DNA of 63,578 nt, the filler included, from Phoronis australis (lineage: Eukaryota; Animalia; Phoronida): assembly GCA_002633005.1 (NCBI GenBank). It is 6 parts of 6 records of this genome, joined end to end, with 100 filler letters (N's around TTAATTAATTAA, not from the genome) between each part and the next. Parts side by side here need not be neighbours in the genome. Positions count along the whole stretch, not along the records: positions 30,720 to 53,356 come from NMRA01000679.1; 5 more parts are not named here. One strand, given 5' to 3'. How positions within the stretch are numbered: the first letter of the stretch is position 1; every line of letters starts with the position of its first letter. The translations under genes and the position numbers were made by a program. Below are positions 35,854 through 50,109 of the stretch, one piece after another. Below the pieces are notes generated by a model, which was not told the DNA's origin, made no database searches, and saw only the letters and a program-made list of their open reading frames with translations.

Positions 35854-37120
35854 GGTAAAACGGAAAAAATATGTCGTAAAATTATGGCTCAAGAGTACAA
35901 TGCTGGCGGAGCTAGAATGATTGACGTCAGCTCCTTTATGAAAGCCATTAAAGTAACTTGGTTTCGTAGACTACTTTGTCAAAGTACTACAAGTCCTTGG
36001 GCAGTTTAGCAAATGGTCTGTTATCTAGAGTTTCAGAGAATTACTTAATGTTCGGGGATTTCTATTTTTCAAAGATGTCCCAAATGACTTCTAATGTATT
36101 ATGGAAAGAGGTTTTTTAAAGTATCCATGAATTCAGTTTCATAGTTCCCGAAAACGATGGTATTTATTAGACTCTATGGTTTAATTCGAATATACTGATA
36201 GGTAACAAACCTGTTTTCTATAAACGGTGGTTTCAAAAAGGCATAACTCATGTACACGATTTACTTAATTCTGATGGTTACTTCCTTAATTATGAGGAGT
36301 TTATACAGAAATTTGACTTTGCCCCTGAAGTAACTTTATTTTATGGTCTACGAAGCTCATTATATGCTACTTGGAGTCATCTCAGAGAGGGAAAGCATCA
36401 AGTAATTTTACCGCATCGTCCACGATACATTGAAGTTATTTTGGGAGATGTCAAAGGAGTAGATAAAATTTACCACGTTACTGTTTCTCAGAATTGTGGA
36501 AAAACAAAGTGTCAAATGAAGTGGAGTAAAAAATTAAATCTCCCTGATACTACAGAATAGTGGTACAATGTTTTCTCTTACATCTATTCATTCACAGAAG
36601 ATGCTTCTCTGAGATGTTTCCAGTTTAGGCTGATTCACAGAATCATAGGCTGTAATGAATTTTTATACAAGATTGGCGTAACTGATAGCCCATTGTGCGC
36701 TTTTTGCTTAAGTGAAATTGAATCTATTGTCCATGTGTACTGGTCTTGTAACGTAACTCAGCAGTTTTGGAATAATGTAAATAACTGGCTCGAAGATGCT
36801 GTTGGAGTTAGTTTAGAGCTGTCTGTAAAATCAGTTCTGTTTGGTGTTCAGGTGGAGGCAGTTTTTACAAAGTATGATTCTTTCCCTCGGAAAACACCAC
36901 ATTTATAAACAAAGATTGAAGTGCAAAATCCGTGCCTTGCAATGTTTAAAAAGGAAGTTGCTTTCTACATTTCTACTGAACGGTTTATATATATAAACAA
37001 AATGAAATACTGTGAATTTATAGAGCGCTGGCAAGGTCTTGACCTTGTTTGCGTAGTGTAATGAATCCTAGCTTCTACTGTGTTTATCTTTCCTCCATTG
37101 TCAAATTCAAAAAAATAAAG
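35854..37120 (+). mobile_element. 5'-truncated L1/Tx1-clade LINE: ORF2 C-terminal region with CCHC (zf-RVT) finger, degraded
   Basis: GKTEKICRKIMAQEYNAGGARMIDV..IKVTWFRRL, LWFNSNILIGNKPVFYKRWFQKGITHVHDLL, LRCFQFRLIHRII, CAFCLSEIESIVHVYWSC; A-rich 3' end near 37110. Confidence 0.9.
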
Positions 37121-39954
37121 ATTGTTGCTCGTCTGACTAATCTGCAAGGCTGTGCACCATTGTCATTGATTTACAAGAGAAGACTTTCTTCATTCACCTG
37201 AGTTTTAATGAGGTCTAGACTTGCCTAACAATGTGAACATTTGGAGATTCCTCAGAGCAAGAAATCGCAGCAGCTAAATGTCCGATTTTTGAGGAACGAC
37301 AAAGTTAACTTACCACTGGCGTGTACTGAATTTAAAAGAACGGAAACGCACACAAGTGTACACGCATGCATGTCAATCCACAAATCCACAATCAACGTGA
37401 ACACTTGATGAGCAAGATATTTGCCGATCACTTTCAATTCAAAATTTGAAAATGCCTGCACTTTATCCAAACTATGCTGGAAAATACACCAAATTAGCGT
37501 TGGCATAATTTTTTAACCTATTACAACCACGCATTAATTTCGGAAGTGACTCGACGAAAGTTTGTTTTCGTCCTGCAATGTGGTCGGGCATTTCCTAACG
37601 TGAAGATTTTCAAAAAGGCAGCTACTTTGGCGGTGTTTAGTGCAGAGAGAAAGTGCAGACAGTGGTCAAGCTGTCGATATATGGGCCGACATTGTGAACA
37701 ACGAGGTTGTCTCACCTGACCGCTACGTTGTCCGCTTCCTAGGCCGGCCAGGTGGCGAGTAGTTTCGTTGAATGAAACCCATGCTCGAGTGCTTCCACTG
37801 TAAGAGCAAGAAAGGCATAAGCTGTTTTTATTTTATTTTTCACTGTTTTGGTATGTTTATTGTTCCTTTTGGTGCAATGATGTTTAAGCCAGTCAGTCTA
37901 ACAATTGTTATCAGCCTGTTAGGTAGGATTGTTTGCCCCTGGGGCCCTGGAGCTACTACACCCGGGATTTTAGTAAACAATATGAGTGCCAAGTTTTAAA
38001 AAACGTGTCACTAAAACATCAGTGGGGATAATTCTGCATGTTTAGGCATATAAGTTATTCCAGTTTAACAGCAGAGTCTGAATTATATTAACATAAGATT
38101 ATTAATTTACGATTCCAAAATCTTGGCACTTTTCATTTCATTAAACTTTATTTCACTCAAAAGTACCTAACAAACCTAAACTTTTGTCATGAAAACATCA
38201 TCGGATCGCAATAGTTCGAACTCATAGATCATTGTAATAGGCTAGCCTATGGTTTGGCTCTTCAATAACTACATAATAACTTGTTGAATAGTGCCGGTTG
38301 ATGACATCATGCCAACACAATGGAACACTTCTAGACATAGTAAACTTTCATGAAACGAGCCCTTGTAGATGTGGGTCCATTGTTTCCTGACGTCACAGAG
38401 ACAACTGTTACTTGTCCTTTTGATTAGCTATGGAATATTCCTTGAACAAATTTGATATGGTGTATGCTGACCTAGGTCTTCTTTCTGGCGATCACATTTT
38501 GTAGACCATAGTTACCTGATTTGTGTATGCGGTGTTGTATATTTTACATGCTGGACAATTTGCGGTATTAATATTCCAGAGAGACTATGGATGTCCTTCC
38601 GTGTAGTTGTGCTCTGTAGTATTTTTATAGACATTTTATTTTTATTTCATAGATATACAACAGACATGCAAATTTCCATTTGAAGTTCTTACTGTAGTCC
38701 ATAGTGTGATACACAGTAGTTAATAACAGCATAGCAGCCCTAATACATTTTATGCTGCGTGACAGGGTGCATTAAGGTTGCTGGTCATTTTGGACAAGTT
38801 CGACACCTTCGCCTGCCAATATTAACTTTTGCTTATGTTCGTATTAAGAAGGGATTTTAATCACTATTACATTTTCATTACTTCGTGTATTTCCGGTCTT
38901 TACAGTGATTTGGAAAGTGATGCTCTGAATCTTATTATTTATAAACACAACTTTTGCTCAAGTGTGTTATGTTTCCAAAAACATTTTACTTTAAATGAAA
39001 TACTTTAAAACATCCTTGCGTCATTCTTTTGTGATTGGCAATCGAATGTAACATCACGATTTTTAAGCGTAAAGTTCAAATCCAAATATGCCTGCCTATT
39101 AACAGTTTAGCTGTTCATGTTGTCGATATTAACCTTTACCTCCAGGTTAAAAGTTGATGTCTTACTTTATGGTTGTGAGTGATGAAAAGTTTAAAATTTT
39201 GCCAACTTGGTATCTCAATAACAGGTTATCGGACTCAAATGCCACTATGCGATCCACGTTGTTCTCCAGGCTAAATGGGCTTGTTTTTGAATAAGATACC
39301 GTCAAAAACTGACTCGAGGCTTTAATTAATGAATCTTTTGAAAATATAGGTTTTCATCTTAAAAGCTGCATAAAATAAAAGATATTTTGAAAACTGATTT
39401 TGAGATCTGTTCATGAATATTTGTATGAAATAAAACTTGGCCACGCTGATAATGCTTCACCTTTCCTCCAACATTTTTTGCTAAATTTTAGTAAAAACAT
39501 GTTCATTTGAAGACAGATTTGTGTTAAGTAGAAAATTAAATTATACTATCTGTCTATTCTCAGAAAACATGCAACTTTTCTGAGTACAATTCTGCAATTT
39601 TACAGAAAATCTGACTTAAAGCACACATGGTTCCTGGTGAGGTTATTTACCAAAAATTATCACAATGCTCTACCTTTCATAGTATGCAAGTTAATTGTTC
39701 CACAATAATAGCAACAGTTGTGAATGACCTCTTGACCTGAGAAAGTAGTTCCCTGAAAGTCAGTTATCTTCTGCTGCACTGGACAATAGGTCTATACACA
39801 GTGCATTAGATTCCAAATAATAGAGGGGAAATAAACTTGGGGTCATAAACTGTGGGCTAAACTGGCTGATTTCACCAAAGTTTGATGCAGTATGGATAGT
39901 GGAAGCCATGTCACAGAACTACATACCACAATGCTTCCTCAGCAGTGGGTTTCT

Positions 39955-40200
39955 GAGAGCTTGCTCTTGACCGCATATCAGATATAAACATACATTTACC
40001 AGGTTGCCACTGAATCACCGCATCATAGTTATGTATTCTCATGAATGTTCCTTGCAATCGCCTAGGGATTTCCATATGGGCTTCTGTACCAACGCATTTA
40101 AGGGATTGTGATCAGATATCACAGTGACTCTAAGTCTGACAAAAAGTAAACTGATGAAATCTTACGAAAGCGTACAAGGCATGACAATATTTCCACTCTG
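39955..40200 (-). pseudogene. Gypsy pol remnant: RNase H C-terminal half
   Basis: Manual translation YAFVRFHQFTF..RVTVISDHNPLNALVQKP..PRRLQGTFMRIHNYD..WQPGKCMFISDMRSRA, compared with consensus RFHQYTFG..SDHKPL..PRLQ..PGK..ADxLSRA. Confidence 0.8.
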
Positions 40201-40397
40201 GGGAAGCCAATGACGGCGTTTTTCGACTCAATGACTTTACCAGACGTAGAGGGTTGTGAGCCTGCGATAACATCTAGCTTTTTTGTTACCCGCCAAGCAC
40301 AGCTTTTTGTCTGGTATGACAATGGGCAGGCCAATTATCTACTAGGCTTATTACAGACCACCTGTGAACAGTCAATCCCAGAGCAAATTGGTACATT

Positions 40398-41017
40398 TGG
40401 AAAGAATAGACTGTCGGTTGTAGTTAGGCAATTTGATAACCATTTGACGAGGATTTCAGAAATGCTATTGGCTTATGTTCAAATATGTTATAATTTAACT
40501 TTTATTTTAGCAGCACAGCCCAGTCAGGCTACATAGGATCTTATTGGAGATAAGAGTAATTATCGAACAAAAGAGAGCTGACCCTCCAACCATAAATGCC
40601 AGAATGGAGTTAATCAGTCATGTAAGATATTGGCTACAGGGGTGTTCTTTCCAACTTNACCCACAACGCGTGACTGGACAAAGCCTTTTCAATTTAGCCG
40701 CTGGAGCGTGAGACCCCTGAGGTCCCAATCGAGTCCTCACGACAACTTCGCGTTATGTGGAAAGAATAGACTGTCGGTTGTAGTTAGGCAATTTGATAAC
40801 CATTTGACGAGGATTTCAGAAATGCTATTGGCTTATGTTCAAATATGTTATAATTTAACTTTTATTTTAGCAGCACAGCCCAGTCAGGCTACATAGGATC
40901 TTATTGGAGATAAGAGTAATTATCGAACAAAAGAGAGCTGACCCTCCAACCATAAATGCCAGAATGGAGTTAATCAGTCATGTAAGATATTGGCTACAGG
41001 GGTGTTCTTTCCAACTT
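40398..41017. repeat. Identical 260-bp direct duplication (40398-40657 and 40758-41017) with N at 40658
   Basis: Period 360 and identical by eye; the first copy ends at a single N. Confidence 0.95.
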
Positions 41018-41069
41018 GTTGTTGGGCTATAGAATCGAACATGTTGGGAACAACGCGAAAACGCTATAA

Positions 41070-42482
41070 TGATACCAAGCCTCTGTAGGAGTCAGAGCTC
41101 TAGATGCATAAGCAATAGGCTTGCCATCATATAACAAAGCAGCACCGAGGCCTTTCTCAGAGGAATTACACTCCCCCACGAACTCTTTGTTATGGTCACA
41201 ATATGGTAAAGAGGACACCAAAAACTTGATCTCGATGAAGGCTTGCTCGCATTCCATTCCCAGAGTGCCTCTGGATGAGCTAATATGAATGAGCTCCAGT
41301 ACAGCGGATAAACAAGGTAGGAACTTAGCCAGATATCCTATAGTACCCTGAAGACACCAAACACCTTCTTGGTCATTTGGTCTAGCTATGCACACGATCA
41401 GCGCTTCTACTTTGTTGGGGTCAGGCTTTAGGCCATTACCTGTGACCACATAGCTAATAAGTTCCAGTGCACAAAATCTGCAGTTGGGAAGGTTGAAAAA
41501 GAGATTGTGCTCAGCTGCACGGCAAAGTAGCTTTTTTAGATTGGTGTCACGACGTAGGTTGTCTTGCCTTATCAACAAAAAAATCATCTGTGACACAGAA
41601 AACTCCACCAAGACCATCTAGAGCTTTCAAAAGTCTTATCTGAAAGATTATACTGGATACAGTCAACCAAAAACAAAGACGGCTCTACCGCAAACAACCT
41701 CGCGGAGAAACAAACTATTATGTAGAGACCTATCTTGACATGTCATCCAGTTTGCAATGCCAGTAGCCAGACTTAAGATCCAAACTGGACAAAACTCTGG
41801 CTTGTGTGAGTTTGGGAAGAATACTGTCCATAGTTGGAAGCTGAAATGTTTCATGGTGTAGCGGCTTGTTGAGTAATCGATGGTCCAGTCAAATATGTAA
41901 AGAACCATTGCCCTTTGTTTGAACAGACATTTGGCTGTACTATTCAGTAGGTGAGAGAATACGAAGGCCGATTAAGCGATAAATTTCCGATTTAACCCTC
42001 GACTTTAGGGCAACAGGAATACAATTTGGAGGACATTTTACATGTTTTATAGTCTCATCAGTAGAGAAATGCACTGGGTCTTGGAATGTACCAAATTGTC
42101 CATCAAAAACATGAGGGAACTGATTGGCAATTGTTCTACCTGCAGTCAGAAACAGCAGCAAAAGAATGCACAATGCTGGCAGGCTCAAAGTTCTGAAAGT
42201 TGACAGTCACTATTCTTATTTGTTTCGCAGATGACCGGCTGAGTAATGGAGTAGTCATCACTCAAAACAGATCATACTCAGCCACGTCTTGGGATTGTTG
42301 ACAGCAAGGCGCACAATTTCTTCCACAGGGGTGGTCTGTTTGTTCCACATTTGGAGTTTAGTGGTCGACCCTTGGGGGGCGAGTCCCTTAACATATTTAC
42401 GTGGTAAACAATTGACAGTCGCACCAGGATCAACTTGTGATGTGGCTCCCAGTAAGTAACATGACTTTATGAGAGCTGTCAT
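41070..42482 (-). pseudogene. Gypsy pol remnant: aspartic protease, reverse transcriptase and RNase H N-terminal half
   Basis: QVDPGATVNCLP (protease), FPHVFDG..IPVALKSRVKSEI, SLDLKSGYWHCKLD, catalytic VTDD at 41583-41594, GLKPDPNKV, CNSSEKGLGAALL..GKPIAYASRALTPTE. Confidence 0.92.
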
Positions 42483-42739
42483 TCATGGCAGCGACAGCAG
42501 GAATCTCATGGTTAGATTGCACTAATCACTGTTCCCAACAACCTGTTTTGACTCGATGTGGTAACGAGTCTGGATTTTGCCGAATCGAGTTTGGGGAAAG
42601 CACGTCGAGTTTAAAAATTGCCGTGCCAGGTTTAAAACCTTGGCTGGCTTGGTACTTCAGACCTCACCATCTAACCAGAGCCTGATTTTATCAATTGTGA
42701 GTAAACATAGTTAGCTTTACTGAGAAGCAGTTAACAATA

Positions 42740-43005
42740 CTGTATTCACCGTAATAAGGCACCCAAGGCGCTTAGTAAAATTCGTTTCGGGGGGAGAAGC
42801 TTATTGTAACCCAAGGTGGTTGAAACCCGGTCTCCGAAACGAGTGAAATCGGAAGATAGGATTCATCAAATTAACGATGTGTGATGCATCTGTAGCCTAT
42901 GACAGACTCTACAAAACTGACGCATTGCTATCAAACTTCGTTGTTAAATTACGACCATTTTACAGAAAATTGTGCTTAAATCCCAAGGTGAAAACTCGCC
43001 GATGC
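42740..43005 (+). mobile_element. Second truncated left end of the TA-flanked MITE family
   Basis: TA|CTGTATTCACCGTAATA start; ~265 bp similar to 43441-43705. Confidence 0.85.
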
Positions 43006-43440
43006 GCCGCTCCTCACGATATGAAACAATTACAGCTGGCATAAAAAGTTAGATTCAGGATACTCTTGTCATGTATAAAAAGAACCAAGATGAAGACACT
43101 ACCGTAGAGACACCTCAGAAATTAATGAAAAATGACTATTCCAACATCAAGTTCAAAGAACTGAATCGTGGCCCACAATGTGCAAACAAAGAAAAGGATG
43201 CTTCTTGGCAAAAGCTATTCCACACATTCCCCACAAGGATGAATAATTCAGAAAATAAAAAATGATACAAACCTTGGACAAGAATTTTGAGTCTGTCGAT
43301 GAATCCAAAAACACACGTCATCTGGTATGATATCCAGCAAAAACTAGAAGAGAAAATATTATGTATCATTCTGTCAGAAGAAATATTGACTACGTAATTA
43401 GTACAGATAGTTCTATTTAGTTGCCCAAAATTTGTGCATA

Positions 43441-44917
43441 CCGTATTCGCCGTAATATCCGCCCAGGGCACTTACAAAAGTTCGTTTCAAGGGGGGCGCT
43501 AATTATAACCCAAGACCGTTGAAACCCGGTCTCCGAAACGGGTGAAATCGGAAGCTAAGATTCATTATATTTACGCACTGTGATGTATCTGTAATCTATG
43601 AAAGACTCTCTACAAAACTGTGGTGCATTGCTATCAAACTTTGCTGATAAATTACGATCATTTTAGAGAAAATTGTGCTGAAATCCCAGGGCAAAAACTC
43701 GCCGACTGCCTGCCTCGCAATCGTCGATATGGCAACTTGAATGCTTGAATAAAAATACAGTTTCGACTCAAGCAAATTAAATGAAAGCCTCCATAAGTTT
43801 TCCAAGTTTGGCATCCCTAAGATTTTTAAGTTCCTGTGGAGTCGGGATCACGGCAGGTTTAAGTACAAATGTGTGCTGATATCGTGCCATCTACATGTAG
43901 GATAAGCAACATGAGAAAATGTCTGGACGAACACACATGTTGTTGTCACATGACGTTTGTTTTGAAGTTGTCTGCGTTTGTGAGTAATCGAGTGCGTGCG
44001 TGTCACCAGAGTTCATTTGCCAGAGCAGAGAACGTCTTTTGGCCAGAGCCACGCAATCTAACGAACTAGATGTGCATTTAAGCAGTAGGCCTAAACCAGA
44101 GCGTGTTTCATTCAGCACTTGACGGTCTCATGTGCTAAAAACGTTTGACATTTGTCTCGGTAAGGCCATATTAGTCGCAGTGTGGCTGGATGCGTACGTG
44201 ACTACCTGACAGTTATTTTTCGGTAAGCATTCACTGTCAGTGGTTATTTTATCGGATATTTGGCTTAAAAACACCAGTTATGGTTAATCAAACAAATCCT
44301 TTTAAAAATAAGGCAAACATTTTTTATAGTATGAGAAACTCAGAAATTAGTGCCAATATTCATTTCTTGCCGATACTATGCTACCCGTTTCATGAATGGA
44401 TAGTTTCCGACTAATGCCTTTGATGACAGGTTCATGTATGTAGTGCGCGCTTCCTGGCCATGTGCTTTTAACACTGGCCAAGCTGTTTATTAGTCTTCGA
44501 TTCGCGGTTTTCACATGTAGGCCTCCAAAGAAATTTGGATTCCTGTTGAAAGCGGGAAATATCTACAAAGCAATCCCGTAGACAAGTACACTACTTCTGT
44601 TCTGAAAGGCCAGACCATTGGTCCTCACAATATCAGCAGAACTTTTGTGTTCGTTTTGAGGCATGGCGGAAGTTTGAAGTCATGGCTAAATACCGACGTA
44701 GCGGCGAGGCTCGTGGTCTACAAATTCTGCGCACAATGATTTTTTCAGGACTGTCGGATATTATTGATAAATTGAAGACGTTACTGTAGAATTTTAGGAC
44801 TGTAGGTATGGCATTTTTCGCACGTACAAATTCATGGACTGGGCGCTTAATTTTGCAAAGTCTGAAAACGTGTGGGGGCGCTTATAGGGGCATGGGCGGT
44901 TATTATGGCGAATACGT
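43441..44917. mobile_element. Full-length 1.48-kb non-autonomous Tc1/mariner-pogo-type element (25-bp TIR, TA TSD)
   Basis: TA|CCGTATTCGCCGTAATATCCGCCCA ... TGGGCGGTTATTATGGCGAATACGT|TA; no recognisable coding content. Confidence 0.88.
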
Positions 44918-45111
44918 TATGTACTTTTAAATAATGTTGTCAAACTTATTTACATGTATTTTTGACATCAAGGTCTATTTTTAGATGATGTTTACTACTT
45001 TGGTTCACGGGTCAATAGGCTCTAAAGATTCTGGAAATTTCTGACAATAAATCGTGACAGCCAATGATATGATTGGAGAAGATCATGTGGTTTTGATTAG
45101 CCAACCCTTAA

Positions 45112-47546
45112 GGTCAGACACGGCAGTCCAAAATCGGTGATATGGATGATTTTTGTACATCTTCAGATTTCACCATTTTTCATCACCTCAGTGTATAGTA
45201 TACAGGATTATATTATGACAAATACTCCAAATCATGAGGAAAAATATCCATTTATTGTCAATCACCTCACTTTATTTGAGTAACATTTTGCCGATATGTC
45301 CTTCAAAATTACCAAAATTTACGTGGCCCTGCTCGCTGGTTCCTGCGTGCTTAGGCCAGCCAGCACGCAGGTATCACACAGTGGCACGTGCTTTAGCATT
45401 GGTCAATGTAACCTCGGCAGTCATTGGTTAGCTTTACACTTTCGTGAAAAAATGGCGGACAGTGAACGATTTTTAGCCTTGTCATGCAAGAGGCGTCGCA
45501 GCAACTACTTCGTTTCTGCAGTGATGTTTAATAGCCGCGACCTTGAAGCACATACATGTACAATAAAGATATATCTGGCCGATTTTACCGGTACACTGTG
45601 TTATTCATACTGTATGAATACAGGACACTATTGTAAAACAAAAGCCATCAATAGTAGTAAAATGCATTCCGAAAAGGTGCAATCACAATTTCTAGGCTTC
45701 ACATTTCCTGAACATAAATTTTAAGCACCGATTTGTCTGTGCAATAGACCACATTTACACTTCAGTCCATCAGTCATGCCAGTTTGTTTACGTAAAGCGC
45801 TGCCTGTTTAGAATTCAACAAACCAATCAGAAATGCCTGTGTAAAAAGTTTCCCGAGGAAAATTAAGTGATACCTGTGTGCTGGCGTGGCTACTGCCCCA
45901 CCTAGCGGCACGAAGGGAACCAGCGAGCGTGGCCCTGCAGCCCTGAGCCCTTGGCCGACAGAAATGGGTCATAGCTTGTTTTGAAGGAATTGTGCCCTCT
46001 ATCGGATGTTGTCATTCATATAAGGATATTTCCATGTATAATTGGCTGAGAAATATGTTTGTAAGCCTTACTTTATGCATTCTTATTGGCTGCCGAACAA
46101 ATACGGAAGTTAATGAGTACAACGCACATTCTGATTGGTCAATTGGCACACGTGACCAACTTCGTTTATATCCGTCGTAAGCAACCTGTTAGCAACCAAG
46201 AAGAACAGGCAGCCATTTTGACAGCTTGATTACATCAGATTTTACTGTTTTGATCGGAATTTTATTGTGTTTCTTTAATGCAACACAGATTGAAAATGGG
46301 ATAAATAGAACGAGCAGAGCAGCGACCTTTTGGGTTAGCGAGGGGGAGCAGGAAATAATAGCGTTCAAAAGCACGAGAGGCAAAATTCCGACATTCATCA
46401 ACTTGAAGGCGCAAGTCAACAAGTGCGATGACTCGGCCAGTGTCGCTAGTGATAACGAATGGTAATTTTCGTAGGATAGTTCCACCTAGATTATGTCGGA
46501 CTGTCAGGGAATTGTTCCAGACTCTGGTTCCAGGAGAAAACTGACAAAGGTTTAAATTGATAGCCACGATAATAATCAGTTGAGTGGTGAGGAAGTCCAC
46601 AAAGTGAGACTGGTGTTTACTTGACCTGTTGACCTAATGCTGTTCCAGTTGAATAACAACATAATTTGTTATGGCCTGGTAGCTCTGCAGAAACCTATAC
46701 ATTTAGTAAAACTGAGAAGTATATAGGCGTTTCATAGGAAATAAGTCTTGATGTGCACTTCGGATGACTTTCAATTGTTATTCAATTGCACAGTTTGAAG
46801 TAAATTGATGACATTTTGCTCATAACACCGAAATTGAGAGCAGTGTCGTTTGCTTGCACTTGGCACAGCAAACCCAGTTTCTTGTGTCGCTACAGTGTTG
46901 GAACTGTAATCGGACTTGTCTGGGACTATGATGTATTGCCTTCATGTGTTTTGGCAGAAAATGGTTGCTACAACACTGTTGAGTGGATCGAGAGTTATTG
47001 CCAAAATTTTGTAAAACCTCACTAGTTATAGCAAATCCATGGAGACAGCAGAAATCGTCGAGCTAGGTTGGCTACCAAAAATAGCAAATTGACACAGCAG
47101 GAAGACCAGAAAGGAAAAACCTATGGTGCTAAGATGAACAATGACTAAATTATGCTAAAAATGACATGAAAATTGTGTTTTATATCATCTATAACAGGAT
47201 ATGATAACGAAAAAAGCATTCTTAAACTTTCTTTCTTGCATTTCTCAAAATGTGAATTTTTGGACTAAGAAAGACCGTACAAAAAATACTGTTAAGAAAT
47301 TTTGATTTTCCTTCTGTAGTTTTGTAGATCCTTTTATTATAATTCAGAGAAAACAGATCAGAAATATGTAAACAAGTTAATAAGTTATAATGTTACGTAA
47401 TTTTTGGCATTGCCATGGAAACCGAATATTTTTTTTCTTGAAATGATTTTTTGTGTGACTGCCATATCCTAAACAACATCCCTGCTGATTTTTATTGAAA
47501 TCCATCAACATTTGCAGATTTTAATAATACACTGCCCTGTCTCCCC
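45112..47546. mobile_element. TTAA-flanked 2.4-kb element with short imperfect TIRs (Kolobok-like, non-autonomous)
   Basis: TTAA|GGTCAGACACGGCAGT ... ACTGCCCTGTCTCCCC|TTAA (13/16 match); purine-purine termini. Confidence 0.55.
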
Positions 47547-50109
47547 TTAAATACGTTATTATAATTTGGGCAAACTTTGCAAAATACTCAGATGGGATTT
47601 AAGTTAAAGCCCAAAAACTTGCAACAGTGTACAGCACAGCCATCTTGTGGAAGATTTGACTAAAAGCTTATCACTTGCATCGCGGGTAGAAGATCGTAAC
47701 TGCCTGCAAGTGTAGCATCACGAGGGACAGCGACCAGCAAAAGGAATTGTGGGTAGAAGATACTGCCTGCAAGTGCTGCGTCACGAGGGACCAATAAGTA
47801 CACTGTCGCAGTATGTTTGTTAGTTAGTTCAAAGATTCACCAACAGGACTGGCATCCAACAAGTGTTGAGTCCTACATCTAGTTAGACAAGTCTTCTTCA
47901 TTGCTCGATTACTTAATTAACAAGAGGTTTCACTTGTTTTAATTAGTGGTTATCATGGGTTTAATCATTCTCTGCTCATCTATGCACAACGTCAACGCAC
48001 AGTCAACTTCTGACTCCCAGTATTGTTAAAACCATAAACCAAGAAATTTCCAACATGACCAATTTTGATCTAGCAAGCCTATTGTGTTGGTACACAATTC
48101 TGTGGCAGTGAGTCAGATCTTACAGTTTGACAAAGGAATCAGCAGGTGAAAATTAAAAATAATTTCTCTGAAAGTCAATTATTTTTCTCCATTCCAAGTT
48201 TTTTTTGGTGATAGTATTTCACATAAAACACATCTTCTTCACATTTGTTTAACATCGTTTGGAAATAGTATTTTCAAATACCTGTTAGCATCAGGTGCAC
48301 TTTACAACATTATTGAAGGATTATACGAACTCATCAGATCAACGCAGACAATGAGAGCTGGACTATGAAAACATATGTTTGCCAACTTTCTCCCCTTCCT
48401 ATCACTTTCAAAGAGATAATGACATAGCTGTATCCTCACCAGCCAATCAGAGAAATCCAGATACTCATCCCACAGCGCAGGTATGGGCGTAATGGAAAAA
48501 CTGAAGTGTAACATGATGGCGTGGTTTTGCAATTTTTCACTTTGCAGTGTAATACTTCAACTCTCCCTTAAGGCATTTTTCTGAAATTTGTTATATGGAT
48601 AAATCTCATTGAACGATATCAGACGTATGCTAAACGTTATTCAAAATATTTGATAACATGCTATGAATTGATCGAGTTTTTGCGACTCTGGCATCTCTTC
48701 ATGGACCTGTCTGAAATTTAGTATGTGAATAGAGCTCATTAAAGTTATCTCAATCTTTATTCACAAAAATTGACCATATTTACAATATTTCACGTGTCTA
48801 GCAAAATACCTGGGCAATTCCGTGAAAAGGTCAACCTCGACATAAAAAATTAAAATTGTGGCTTCACCAACATTTTTGGTCTCACATGAAAGCCCTTTCT
48901 CTCTAGTTTCAGGACCCATATTTGACTGTCCTATAACTTTCAATTTTTTGCTTAAATGAACCCATTTGTGGGGGTCACTTGACCCTAAAAAATTTAGCTC
49001 GATTTTCATGTGTGTTGCTAATTATTGTCATAAAAAGCTAATTGTGGGGTTTTCACTATACTATCAATTTTGTGCAATCACATGAACCCCAAACTTTATA
49101 AAAAAAACATTTCAACTTTGGCATATCAATGACCTCTTGGGGTCAAAGGTCCTGGATATCATGGTGCCGTACATCCATCACAAAAAAGTGTTAGAAAGTT
49201 TAGTTACGTTAAAAGTTGTAATCAGAATTAAAATAATTTCAGATTCTCTTTTAACTTGTTACTCAATACTATTGACCAAAATTTTGGATCCCAGGGATTA
49301 TTCATTTCGTCAGAAATTGTGTGACAGACGTACAACAAATTTATACGTCTGTCACACCCATGAAATTGCAATTTTTCAGCCAATAAAAATAACCTTAGGT
49401 CATATTTTTACTTTCTAAACTTTCATGATTCAATGTGTCTCACACCTAAGAACCTTAAAACCATAAAATATTACAAAAGCATCTTTAAAATTAAGTGAAG
49501 AAGTTGTTACTGATTTTATCTAAATGTATTGATTTTTTTCAATTTCAAAAGCATTAGCAGAAAACTTATAGTTTACAATGTCATCTAGTTATTCTTAGTA
49601 AAATTCAACTTATTAAAATCAAACAGTTGTACCACATTGTAAAATATAAATGAAACAAAATGTTAATTTAATGAACTTATTGTTTTTCTGATGGTACCCC
49701 GTGTTAGTACAGAAATGCTTAGCTTTTGGGAAATTCAAGATGCAAAAATATTCATACAAAAGAAATCCTAAGGCGCAAACTATGTCAAATCCATCCGAAG
49801 ATGGGAGGATAGCATCATCTCACTAATAGATGCCTATATATCAAATTTTATGAAAATCCGTTGAGGACTTTTGAAGATACAAAGGTAAACGTAAAAAAAT
49901 AAAATTTCTACTTGGGGCACACCGGTAGTCGGATCTGTCCAAAAGTTTGCTCACAACATCCCATCCACAGAAGGAAAACATGTGCAAAATTTCACGAAGA
50001 TACATCAAGGCATTTTGGAGAGCAGTGGAAATTGGCACTTGTGGGCACAGCGTCCGTTGGATCCGCCTGAAAGTTGTCGTCTGTCGTAAAAATGGCATCT
50101 TTCTCGTCC

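Noticed and set aside
40398-41017. 260-bp direct repeats as possible LTRs
   Set aside because: Only ~100 bp apart, the first ends at an N, there are no TG..CA ends or PBS/PPT, and they lie inside an insertion in pol; most likely an assembly overlap or allele artefact.
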